Shown here: in pieces, positions 27,149 through 36,082 of the stretch
How the letters are laid out: each line of letters begins with the position of its first letter
Position numbering within the stretch: the stretch's first letter is position 1
Assembly: GCA_002335055.1 (NCBI GenBank)
Contig: DDCH01000004.1
Span: 215,678-279,677, forward strand
From: Sulfurimonas sp. UBA2011
GTDB lineage: Bacteria; Campylobacterota; Campylobacteria; Campylobacterales; Sulfurimonadaceae
DNA length: 64,000 bases
Reading direction: 5' to 3'
Notes under the pieces: generated by a model
What the model saw: the letters and a program-made list of their open reading frames with translations, nothing else
Database searches by the model: none
Told to the model about the DNA's origin: nothing
Program-made: the position numbers and the translations under genes

Positions 27149-27261
27149 GGTTATTATCTTTAATGTTTAGTTGTGAAAGTGTAGCAAAAAAATATGAGTT
27201 TTGTACTGAAATTATGTACAAAACCCTATATAAGGAGGAAGAAAGTATATGCGTGTGTTCT

Positions 27262-28512
27262 CTAGAAAATGAAACCCATTGAAATACTTGCAATGTTATT
27301 GTCTGGTTCCCCTTTTTCAGTAACCATTGCATAGTCTGCTTTTAATACAACTTGTGGGTGTGGGAAAAAGTTTGCTCCGATAGTTATTGTATCTATACTA
27401 TCACCATCTACTTCACCTACCGTAGATGCTTCAGGTGTAATTGTCTCATATTGAACAAATAAAGGAAGAGCTTGTTCCATTGAAGTGAGAGATAAGACAT
27501 CAAAACTAGCATTTAAGTATCCACCATTTGCACTATCAACCTGACCAGCTGTTGCATCAGAACGAGTTGTTGCTGTATATACACCATATACTCTTGCACC
27601 ACTAACTTTATAGTCAATATGTGCATCATACATTAGTAGTTGTTCGTCATTATATACTGATACACCTGTATTAAGTCCATCTAAACCAGTATAGTCAATT
27701 CTAGCTGTCACACCTGGTTTTATATCTTTATTTTTGTATGCTGCACCACGACCATTTCTTATCCATTTTGTACCTGAGTCTTTGGGCTTAAGAGCCGTTT
27801 GTACAAAAAATTTATACACTAGCCCATCTACAATATTACCATATGCCATAATACCAGACTCATGCCAAGTTGATGGTATAAGATATTTAGAAGTTCCAGG
27901 GCGTTGTACAGTAGTAAATAGTGTAGGTTCATGTCTCTCATTTATTATACCCATTGGTACTAGCATGTTACCTAGTCTTAAATTAAAACTCTTATTAATA
28001 AGGAAGTCAAGATACATAAATTCAACTTTTGCATACTCACCTTTTTGGCTTAAGCTTGCATCTGTAACAAATCCATCACTGTCTTTTTCTACATTAAGTG
28101 ATGTTATTTGAGAACCACCATGTTCAAATTCTAACTCAACATTTAGGATGATATTGTCAGTAAATTTATAACCAATATAAGGAACAAATCTATAAACATC
28201 TACAATAGATTTACCATTACCACCATCTGATGCATACATCTCACCATAACCACCAATACTTAGTGGTGATTTAGAGAAGTAAACTTTTGAAGCAGCTGCT
28301 CCAAGTCCACTATATGATTTTTCAGGATCAACAGTTGTATAGTTAAAACCAGTTTTAAGATCACTAGTCTCATCTGTTAAAGTTTGAGCCATTTCTTGAA
28401 GCTCTTTAACTTGTTGTTTAAGTTCTGCGATGTCTGATTTGTCATCTGCAAAAGAAGAAGTACTAAGTGCTAGTAGACTAGCTAATATTAAAGATAGTTT
28501 TGTATTTTTCAT
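27262..28512 (-). CDS. outer-membrane porin-like beta-barrel with N-terminal coiled coil
   Basis: It has a signal peptide, a coiled-coil segment (IAELKQQVKELQEMAQTL), alternating beta-strand-like sequence, and a C-terminal ...ISMGFIF ending in Phe. Confidence 0.65.
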   Translation of the reverse strand: MKNTKLSLILASLLALSTSSFADDKSDIAELKQQVKELQEMAQTLTDETSDLKTGFNYTTVDPEKSYSGLGAAASKVYFSKSPLSIGGYGEMYASDGGNGKSIVDVYRFVPYIGYKFTDNIILNVELEFEHGGSQITSLNVEKDSDGFVTDASLSQKGEYAKVEFMYLDFLINKSFNLRLGNMLVPMGIINERHEPTLFTTVQRPGTSKYLIPSTWHESGIMAYGNIVDGLVYKFFVQTALKPKDSGTKWIRNGRGAAYKNKDIKPGVTARIDYTGLDGLNTGVSVYNDEQLLMYDAHIDYKVSGARVYGVYTATTRSDATAGQVDSANGGYLNASFDVLSLTSMEQALPLFVQYETITPEASTVGEVDGDSIDTITIGANFFPHPQVVLKADYAMVTEKGEPDNNIASISMGFIF

Positions 28513-28698
28513 TTTTGTTTCCTATTTATATTTATGATATTTATTATCACAATCATGTTTTGGTGGAATTATAAACAAATAGTTAATGAATGTCAATAGC
28601 TTTGAGAGTTATTATCAGTAAGTTTTTAAATTTAGCTTTGAAGTTCGTAAAATAGGGGACTTAAGAAAGAAAGAATATATCAGTTTTGAGAAAAAACT

Positions 28699-28950
28699 CT
28701 ATTTTTCCACTCTTTTTTGCTTCATACATGTATTTTCAGTTCCTGAGACAACCAGAACAGGTAGTTCTTCAAATGAGTATTTTGTATGAATGTTGTTTAC
28801 AAGGTCGTAACCATTCATATCGGTGAGGTGTTTCCATGCTTACTCTCCATCTAAACACTGTATGCAGTTAAGGTTTTGAGAACTTAAAAGAATGGATAAC
28901 TGTGTTAAAACTAATGTTGAATCATCTACTAGTAGAATAGTTTTTCTATA
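28699..28950 (-). pseudogene. remnant of a response-regulator receiver domain
   Basis: The minus strand reads YRKTILLVDDSTLVLTQLSILLSSQNLNCIQCLDGE*AWKHLTDMNGYDLVNNIHTKYSFEELPVLVVSGTEN... There is no start codon. An in-frame TAA lies at 28840-28842. The segment that should hold the phospho-acceptor Asp is missing. Confidence 0.5.
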
Positions 28951-29229
28951 ATAGTATCAGTCTTCTCATCTAGTCGTATAATATACAAGTCATAGTTTAG
29001 TAAACATTATATATCTTGATTTAAATTGTTAATAGCTGATATAGTACTCATGAGAGAATACTTTATACTTTGCTGAAGACTTAGATTAAATCAAGTGTCA
29101 TCATCTAGTATAAATATTTTTTTGAATATTGATTCTTCTTATCATTTTATGTTAATTTTAATCTTTATACAATTTGAGTATTCACAGTATAATTTGATAT
29201 AATGTAAAAAAATAATAAATAGAGAGATT

Positions 29230-29976
29230 ATGAGAGAATATTTTACAAGAATAGAAGATAACAGTACCGTTCATATAGAAATCGAGCTTAATGCTTTTGC
29301 CTTTAGTGGTGAGAACCCTTGGTTATTTAGTATCTTTATAAAGTTCGATGGTATAGATGAGAGTAAAAATGGTTTTGAAGAATTTCTAGAGACTAAAGAG
29401 TCACTTATTATTGCAATAGAACACGAGGATAAAGCTAAGTATGTTGGAGCACGTAATGTAGATGGCTGGAGTGAGCTTTACTTTTATGCAAAAGACTCTA
29501 AAGAACTTGAACATGTAGCACAACATATACTAAGAGAGAGTAACTATGTGTATGAGAGTAGTGCTGTTAAAGATGCAAAATGGAACTTTCATCATAAAAA
29601 CCTTATTCCATCAGAACTTGAACAGTGTCATATTCAAAGTGAGAAGATAATTTTTATGCTTAAAGAAGAAGAAGACGATTTAAGTATAGTGCGTCCAGTA
29701 GAACACTATATCTCTTTTGAATTGCCTACACAAAAAAATCGTTTTATAAATACACTTAATATGGAAGGTTATACACTTAAAGATGAGATAAGTACTGAAG
29801 AGTTTGAAAATGGAATTGCACTTGTTAAAGAGCATAATGTACAAAGCCAAACACTCAAAGATGAGATAGATAAACTTTTTGTAGAGATTAAAAAGTGTCA
29901 AGGCTATTATGAAGGTTGGAGCACTACTTTAGTTGTAGACGAAATAGAAGAAGAAGAAACAGAAGAAGAAATATAG
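29230..29976 (+). CDS. DUF695 / RraB-like two-domain protein
   Basis: The 248-aa product has an acidic C-terminus. The overall pattern (N-terminal DUF695-like, C-terminal RraB-like HYISF...GWST) is recalled from memory only. Confidence 0.45.
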   Translation: MREYFTRIEDNSTVHIEIELNAFAFSGENPWLFSIFIKFDGIDESKNGFEEFLETKESLIIAIEHEDKAKYVGARNVDGWSELYFYAKDSKELEHVAQHILRESNYVYESSAVKDAKWNFHHKNLIPSELEQCHIQSEKIIFMLKEEEDDLSIVRPVEHYISFELPTQKNRFINTLNMEGYTLKDEISTEEFENGIALVKEHNVQSQTLKDEIDKLFVEIKKCQGYYEGWSTTLVVDEIEEEETEEEI

Positions 29977-29977
29977 T

Positions 29978-31813
29978 ATGTATAAAATAGTAGGTGTCAT
30001 AAACTACATTATTGTTATATTTTTAAATGCTTTTACGGATTTAGGTCATAAAATCATCATTCAAAATACTATTTTTAAAGTATATGATGGTGATATGCAA
30101 GTTGTTCTTACAGCTGTTGTAAATGCACTTATACTACTACCTTTTATTTTAGTCTTTTCTCCTTCAGGGTTTTTAGCAGATAGATTCCCCAAAAATAAAA
30201 TCATGGAATACTCATCTGTTTTTGCAGTTTTGATCACACTTGGTATTACCTATTCTTACTACAATGGTTATTTTACACTAGCTTTTATTATGACATTTAT
30301 ACTTGCTCTTCAAAGTGCTATTTATGGACCTGCAAAATATGGTTATATTAAAGAACTTGTTGGTGAAAAGTATATAAGTTCAGGAAATGCAGCAATTCAA
30401 GCAACAACTATAGTAGCTATTCTTGGTGGTATTATTTTTTATACAGTTTTATTTGAAGGAATGTATAGTGACTCATTTGTTGATGAGAGCCAAATACTCA
30501 AGGCAATTGCTCCATTAGGATGGCTTTTAGTTATTAGTTCAATAGTAGAATGGTTTTATGCTTCTAAACTTCCAAATAAAATGAAAGAAGCTAGTAAGCG
30601 TGAGTTTAAAGTGAAACGTTACCTTAGTGGTGCTTATCTTAGAAAAAACATGAAATTACTAACACGAAAACGAGAGATTTTTAATGCAATTATTGCGCTA
30701 AGTCTTTTTTGGTCTATTTCTCAAGTTGTTTTAGCAATTTTTGGAGAATATGCAAAAAGTAACTTGGGTGTTACAAACACTATCTATGTACAAGGTGTAA
30801 TGGCTCTAGCAGGTATAGGTATAGTTCTTGGGTCTATAATGGCTTCTAGGTACTCAAAATATTATATAAACCTAGGTTTAGTCGGTCTAGGTGCAAGTGG
30901 TATAACAATCGTTGTTTTCCTTGTTCCGTTTGTAGACTCAATTGCTTTAATGGCACCTCTTTTTATGCTTTTTGGTGTCTTTTCTGCGTTTTTAATGGTT
31001 CCCCTTAATGCTCATATTCAGTTACTCGCTTCTCGTGTTCATTTAGGTATCATTCTTGCAGGAAACAATTTTATACAAAATATTTTTATGGTGACATTTT
31101 TAGCACTTACTACAGTTTTTGCTTATAATGGTATGGATACTGAGATTCTTTTTTATCTTATGGGTATTGTTGGAATTTATTTAAGTTTTATGACACTTAG
31201 ACATTATTTTGTAGATACATTTTGGGCGAAAATGTTTATACTAGGTTCTTTGAGACACAAGTATATTTATCATGGTTTAGAAAATGTACCAAAAGAGGGT
31301 GCTGCACTTCTTTTAAGTAATCATGTTAGTTGGTTAGATTGGATTGTTTTACAGTTACCTTTTAATCGTTATCTCAACTATATGATGGAAAAAGATATAT
31401 ATAACTGGCCTGTATTTCATGTATTTTTTAAAAAAGGTGAAGCTATTCCTATCTCTAGTAAAGCAAGTAAAGATGCTTTTAAAGAAGCATATAAAAGACT
31501 CAAAAATGGAAAACTTGTGGCTATGTTTCCAGAAGGTAGCATAAGTAGAGATGGAAAACTCTCACGATTTCGCGAAGGTTATGAGTGCATAGAAAGTGAT
31601 TATGAAGGTTGTATAATTCCTGTATTTATAGATGGTGTTTTTGGAAGTCTATTTTCTCGTTATAAAACAAGTAATAAAAAGTATTTCTGGCAACGTAGAG
31701 TTATAAATGTTTACTATGGAGCACCTTTGAGTACACAGACTAACTCTGAAGAACTAAGAGAAGTTATACAAAGTATGAAGGACAAGTATGAAATTAAACA
31801 AACCCAAGCATAA
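29978..31813 (+). CDS. lysophospholipid transporter (MFS, LplT-like) fused to a PlsC-type acyltransferase
   Basis: About 12 TM helices are followed by acyltransferase motifs NHVSWLDW (HX4D) and FPEGSISRDG. Confidence 0.8.
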   Translation: MYKIVGVINYIIVIFLNAFTDLGHKIIIQNTIFKVYDGDMQVVLTAVVNALILLPFILVFSPSGFLADRFPKNKIMEYSSVFAVLITLGITYSYYNGYFTLAFIMTFILALQSAIYGPAKYGYIKELVGEKYISSGNAAIQATTIVAILGGIIFYTVLFEGMYSDSFVDESQILKAIAPLGWLLVISSIVEWFYASKLPNKMKEASKREFKVKRYLSGAYLRKNMKLLTRKREIFNAIIALSLFWSISQVVLAIFGEYAKSNLGVTNTIYVQGVMALAGIGIVLGSIMASRYSKYYINLGLVGLGASGITIVVFLVPFVDSIALMAPLFMLFGVFSAFLMVPLNAHIQLLASRVHLGIILAGNNFIQNIFMVTFLALTTVFAYNGMDTEILFYLMGIVGIYLSFMTLRHYFVDTFWAKMFILGSLRHKYIYHGLENVPKEGAALLLSNHVSWLDWIVLQLPFNRYLNYMMEKDIYNWPVFHVFFKKGEAIPISSKASKDAFKEAYKRLKNGKLVAMFPEGSISRDGKLSRFREGYECIESDYEGCIIPVFIDGVFGSLFSRYKTSNKKYFWQRRVINVYYGAPLSTQTNSEELREVIQSMKDKYEIKQTQA

Positions 31814-32159
31814 TCTTTTTCGTAATGCTGGTTATGCAGTAGAAGGTTTTATAGATATCGTGAAGAATGAGACATCTTTTAAATGGCAACTACTTATGCT
31901 CGTAGTTATGGGAACGCTCTCTTGGAGTTTACCAATTGAGTTTGCTTACTCTGCGATTCTTTTTATCTCTCTTTTTATTCCTGTTATCTGTGAAGTTATA
32001 AACTCAGCGATAGAGAGGGTCGTAGATCTTGTTACACAAGACTATCACATACTAGCAAAGCAGGCGAAAGATGTGGGTGCTACTATCGTTTTACTTTCTC
32101 TCATTATAACTACTCTTATATGGTTAAGTGTTTTAGCACTAGCTTACGAGATAGTATAA
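31788..32159 (+). CDS. dgkA: diacylglycerol kinase
   Basis: The 123-aa product has three TM helices and the GYAVEGF...ETSFKWQL...NSAIERVVDLV pattern. Confidence 0.85.
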   Translation: MKLNKPKHNLFRNAGYAVEGFIDIVKNETSFKWQLLMLVVMGTLSWSLPIEFAYSAILFISLFIPVICEVINSAIERVVDLVTQDYHILAKQAKDVGATIVLLSLIITTLIWLSVLALAYEIV

Positions 32160-32167
32160 GAAAATTT

Positions 32168-32554
32168 ATGAAGTTTATTTTACTTGTTTCCGTTTTACTT
32201 ACATTTTATGGTAAGTATGGAAATACATATAAACAAGATGATATTCTAAGATTATCTGGAAAATTTAACTTAGGTGGTTTGTTTAACCTTTCATGATATA
32301 CACCATACTCTTTTCTTGGAGCTAATGTAGCATTAGCTATTTTTCGATACACTTATGAAATCAAAGATGGTGTTTTTTCTGTAGAAATAGGCAATACATG
32401 GAACGGAGATGACGAAGTGAATTACAATATGATGAAAAAGTCTGCTTCAATTTATGTAGCAGCAGATACATTACTTGGTCCATTGTATTTAGCATTTGCT
32501 TCTTGCTTAAATGGACACATGAGTGGATATTTATACTTAGGTGAGAAATTTTAA
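32168..32554 (+). pseudogene. small signal-peptide-bearing outer-membrane beta-barrel-like protein interrupted by in-frame TGA at 32294-32296
   Basis: It reads MKFILLVSVLLTFYGKYGNTYKQDDILRLSGKFNLGGLFNLS*YTPYSFLGANVALAIFRYTYEIKDGVFSVEIGNTWNGDD...GPLYLAFASCLNGHMSGYLYLGEKF. One frame is used throughout and the protein has an OMP-type C-terminal Phe. It is absent from the ORF track because both pieces are short. Confidence 0.45.
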
Positions 32555-32555
32555 A

Positions 32556-33752
32556 ATGATAAAAAGTGAACGAACAACATTAATAATTGGTGCAGGTGGA
32601 GTAGGTCGGGTTGTAGTACATAAGTGTGTACAAAATGCCGGAGTATTTGGTAGAATAATTTTAGCGAGTAGAAATATAGAATCTTGTGTAAACATAAAAA
32701 AAGAGCTACCTACTGCTGATATATTTGTAACACAGCTTGATGCAGATATTACAGATGATGTAATTAAACTTATAGAAAAAATTAATGCAGATATTGTTAT
32801 CAATGTAGCACTTCCATATCAGGATTTGACTATTATGGATGCATGTATAGCTACTTCGACTCCTTATCTTGACACTGCAAACTATGAGCATCCAGATGAG
32901 GCCAAGTTTGAGTATAAGTTGCAATGGGCTAGAGATGAGAAGTTTAAAGAAGCTGGAATAATGGGACTACTTGGAAGTGGTTTTGACCCCGGTGTTACAA
33001 ATGTATTTTGTGCATTTGCCCAAAAACATTACTTTGACACTATCGATACCATAGATATTTATGACTGTAACGATGGAAATAATGGTTATATCTTCGCAAC
33101 TAACTTTAATCCTGAGATAAACTTACGCGAGGTTTCAGCAAAAGGACGATACTGGGATGCTGGGCGTTGGTTTGAAACAGAACCTCTTCAGATGAGAAAA
33201 ACTTGGGACTACCCTGAGATAGGAGAGCGAGACTCATATCTCATGTACCATGAAGAGATGGAATCACTTACTAAAAATATCACAGGCTTAAAGCAGATTA
33301 AGTTTTATATGACTTTTACAAAAGCTTATCTAGACCATATGCATGTGCTGCAAAATGTTGGAATGCTTGGTATTAAAGAGATAGAGCACAAGGGACAAAA
33401 AATTATACCCATTGAGTTACTAAAAACACTACTTCCAGACCCATCAACTCTTGGTAAACGTACTAAGGGTAAGACAAATATTGGTGTAGTTGTAACTGGG
33501 ATGAAAAATGCTAAACGCAAGCGCATATATATCTACCAAGTAAGTGATCATCAAAAATGCTATAAAGAGGTAAACTCACAAGCTATATCCTATACAACAG
33601 GTGTTCCAGCTATGATCGGTGCGAAACTTATGCTTGAAGGTAAGTGGAGTGGCTCTGGTGTCTTTAATATGGAAGAATTTGACCCTGATCCTTTTATGGA
33701 AGAGTTAGTAAGTCAAGGTTTACCTTGGAAAGTAAAAGAGTTAGAGGTTTAA
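32556..33752 (+). CDS. carboxynorspermidine synthase/dehydrogenase (saccharopine dehydrogenase family)
   Basis: It has the Rossmann motif IIGAGGVGRVV and is adjacent to nspC. I prefer the ATG at 32556 over the listed GTG at 32541, which overlaps the previous gene. Confidence 0.8.
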   Translation: MIKSERTTLIIGAGGVGRVVVHKCVQNAGVFGRIILASRNIESCVNIKKELPTADIFVTQLDADITDDVIKLIEKINADIVINVALPYQDLTIMDACIATSTPYLDTANYEHPDEAKFEYKLQWARDEKFKEAGIMGLLGSGFDPGVTNVFCAFAQKHYFDTIDTIDIYDCNDGNNGYIFATNFNPEINLREVSAKGRYWDAGRWFETEPLQMRKTWDYPEIGERDSYLMYHEEMESLTKNITGLKQIKFYMTFTKAYLDHMHVLQNVGMLGIKEIEHKGQKIIPIELLKTLLPDPSTLGKRTKGKTNIGVVVTGMKNAKRKRIYIYQVSDHQKCYKEVNSQAISYTTGVPAMIGAKLMLEGKWSGSGVFNMEEFDPDPFMEELVSQGLPWKVKELEV

Positions 33753-33753
33753 C

Positions 33754-33984
33754 ATGAACTTTAGAAGTATAGTACATCATATAGATTCTTTACCACCACT
33801 CTCTGACACAACGCAAGTAGTTAGAAAACTCTATCAAGCAGATCCTGAAAATGTAGCCAATGTTTTTACAGACGATTCGATAAATGATGCAGCAGAAATA
33901 GTTTCTGATATGAGACTTGATGTAGAACAGTTTAAGACTGTTTGTGTAAAAATGAAAGAGATATATTTAGAGAAAAATGCTTAA
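33754..33984 (+). CDS. small hypothetical protein wedged between the two polyamine genes
   Basis: This 76-aa ORF starts 2 nt after the upstream stop and ends 2 nt before the nspC ATG. The N-terminus IVHHIDSLPPLSDTTQVV faintly resembles the start of HDOD domains. Confidence 0.4.
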   Translation: MNFRSIVHHIDSLPPLSDTTQVVRKLYQADPENVANVFTDDSINDAAEIVSDMRLDVEQFKTVCVKMKEIYLEKNA

Positions 33985-33986
33985 TT

Positions 33987-35126
33987 ATGCAAAATATAGA
34001 AACACCATATTACCTTTGTGATGAAAGCTTATTAGAAAATAACCTTAAAATACTTGATGATGTACAAAAACGTAGTGGTGCAAAAATAATTGTAGCACTG
34101 AAAGGTTTTGCAATGTTTGCTACATTTGCTTTAGTATCTAAGTATCTTAAAGGGTGTAGTGCAAGTGGACTCTATGAGGCACACCTTGCAAAAGAAGAAT
34201 TTTTGAAGTACAATAGTGAAGCCGAGGTACATACATACTCACCTGCGTTTAAAGAATCAGAGATAGAAGCCATAGCAAAAATCTCAAGTCATATAGTATT
34301 CAATTCACCTAATCAATTAAACAAATTTCTTTTAAAAACCAAAGAAATAAATCCAAAAATTCTAGTTTCCTTACGGATAAATCCGGAAGTTTCAAGCTCT
34401 CCTAAGGATATATATAATCCCTGTGGACTCTATTCTCGTTTAGGAACTACACTCTCAAATATCGATAAGGAGTCCTTAAATAGGATAGATGGACTAAACT
34501 TTCATGCTTTGTGTGAACAAAATGTAGATGCACTTGAAGAGGTATTACTAGCATTTGAAAGAGATTTTGGTATATATTTTAAAAATTTAAAATATATCAA
34601 TTTTGGTGGTGGACATCACATAACTAAAAAAGGTTATGATATAGATAGATTAGTTTGTATAATCAAAGATTTTTCTTTGAAATACCAAATAGATGTCTAT
34701 TTAGAACCGGGTGAAGCTGTTGGATGGGAAACAGGTTATTTAGTCTCGAGTGTTTTAGATGTTTTTGAAAATGGAATGAATGTCGCCATCTTAGATACTT
34801 CAGCAGAAGCACATATGCCAGATACACTAGCTATGCCCTATAGAGCAGAAGTTAGAGGTGCTGGAGTGAGTGGAGAGAAAAAGTATACATATCGTTTGGG
34901 TGGAAATACTTGTCTCGCTGGTGATATTATGGGAGACTACTCATTTGATGAACCTTTAAAAATAGGGGATACTATAATCTTTGAAGATCAGATACATTAT
35001 ACATTTGTGAAAAACACTACATTTAATGGTATAAAACTTCCATCCTTAGTTATAAAACGACTCGATGGAACTGTTGAAATTGTTAAAGAGTTTGGATATG
35101 AAGCTTATAAAAGTCGCTTAAGTTAA
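33987..35126 (+). CDS. nspC: carboxynorspermidine decarboxylase
   Basis: MQNIETPYYLCDE..., FGGGHHITK and EPGEAVG are PLP-dependent decarboxylase (NspC-type) features. The ATG at 33987 is preferred to the listed 33942. Confidence 0.85.
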   Translation: MQNIETPYYLCDESLLENNLKILDDVQKRSGAKIIVALKGFAMFATFALVSKYLKGCSASGLYEAHLAKEEFLKYNSEAEVHTYSPAFKESEIEAIAKISSHIVFNSPNQLNKFLLKTKEINPKILVSLRINPEVSSSPKDIYNPCGLYSRLGTTLSNIDKESLNRIDGLNFHALCEQNVDALEEVLLAFERDFGIYFKNLKYINFGGGHHITKKGYDIDRLVCIIKDFSLKYQIDVYLEPGEAVGWETGYLVSSVLDVFENGMNVAILDTSAEAHMPDTLAMPYRAEVRGAGVSGEKKYTYRLGGNTCLAGDIMGDYSFDEPLKIGDTIIFEDQIHYTFVKNTTFNGIKLPSLVIKRLDGTVEIVKEFGYEAYKSRLS

Positions 35127-35312
35127 CTCTTTTATGGATGCAGCTAAAGAGCCTGACTTTAAAATTACGGCATCACCATTTTTAATGTCAGTTGCAACTG
35201 CTCTAAAAGGAATACTGAGTTTATCAAAGTCTCTAATATCACATACACTTTGAGTTAATTCATCAAACTTTTCAACCATATACTCTTTTAAAATTTGCAA
35301 TATTGCTATCAT
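35118..35312 (-). pseudogene. fragment of a patatin-like phospholipase
   Basis: DFDKLSIPFRAVATDIKNGDAVILKSGSLAASIKEL matches the central patatin/RssA block (IPF.AVATDL.TGE.V.L..G.L..AI.AS). The N-terminal GxSxG and C-terminal parts are absent. Confidence 0.45.
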
Positions 35313-35456
35313 AAAAAAAACTACAATGACTATGATACTTAAAACAGTGATGGAAATTGTGGTATGTACGAGTACACTATTAATGATAAATGCAAGGAAA
35401 TTAGAGAGATTATTATATAGTTCTACAATTATGTAACCAAGCTATGAGGATAAAGA

Positions 35457-36011
35457 ATGATAGAAGATAAACAACGCTGGAACAAACGCCATATAGAAAA
35501 ACCAATGCGACATAACATTGAGCCAATTTTACAAAAGTATATAGATGAGGCTCAAGTAGGTGAGGCATTAGATATCGCATGTGGTACAGGAAGAAACACT
35601 CACTTTATGGCAGAAAAAGGTTTTATAGTTGATGCTGTAGACATAAGTGATTATGCACTAGGAGAGATTAAAGATACAAAAAATATAAAGAAGTTTGAAG
35701 TTGATTTAGATACTTATAATTTAGAGATAAACAAGTATGATCTTATTGTAAATATTAACTTTCTCTCAAGGCGTTTATTCCCTCAGATAAAAGAGGCACT
35801 TCGTGATGGTGGCCTTGTGATATTTGAGACATTTATTATAGCTCATGGAGATTTTACTCAACCTGTAAACCCTGAATTTCTTCTTCGAAAGAATGAGCTC
35901 TTACATGCCTTTATAGGGCTTGATGTTATCTACTATGAAGAACGAAGAGATACGAATTTAAGAGGTGAAGATACTATGGTTGCCTCACTTATAGCTAGAA
36001 AATCTTCTTAG
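35457..36011 (+). CDS. class I SAM-dependent methyltransferase (TehB-like)
   Basis: It has SAM motif I, ALDIACGTGRNTHFMAEKGF.VDAVDIS. Confidence 0.75.
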   Translation: MIEDKQRWNKRHIEKPMRHNIEPILQKYIDEAQVGEALDIACGTGRNTHFMAEKGFIVDAVDISDYALGEIKDTKNIKKFEVDLDTYNLEINKYDLIVNINFLSRRLFPQIKEALRDGGLVIFETFIIAHGDFTQPVNPEFLLRKNELLHAFIGLDVIYYEERRDTNLRGEDTMVASLIARKSS

Positions 36012-36082
36012 TCTTTTCAAAGGAGTCTGAACTACTCAGGTTTACGACCTGTGATTTAAAAGTATCAATGTAGTATTTCGTT

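Noticed and set aside
29050-29247. ATGAGAGAATAcTTTAtA at 29050 almost repeats the start of the gene at 29230 (ATGAGAGAATAtTTTAcA). I considered it a possible duplicated 5' end.
   Set aside because: The match is only about 17 nt with mismatches. The expected number of such near-matches within 200 nt across the window is of order one. The upstream copy is followed by a stop after 8 codons.
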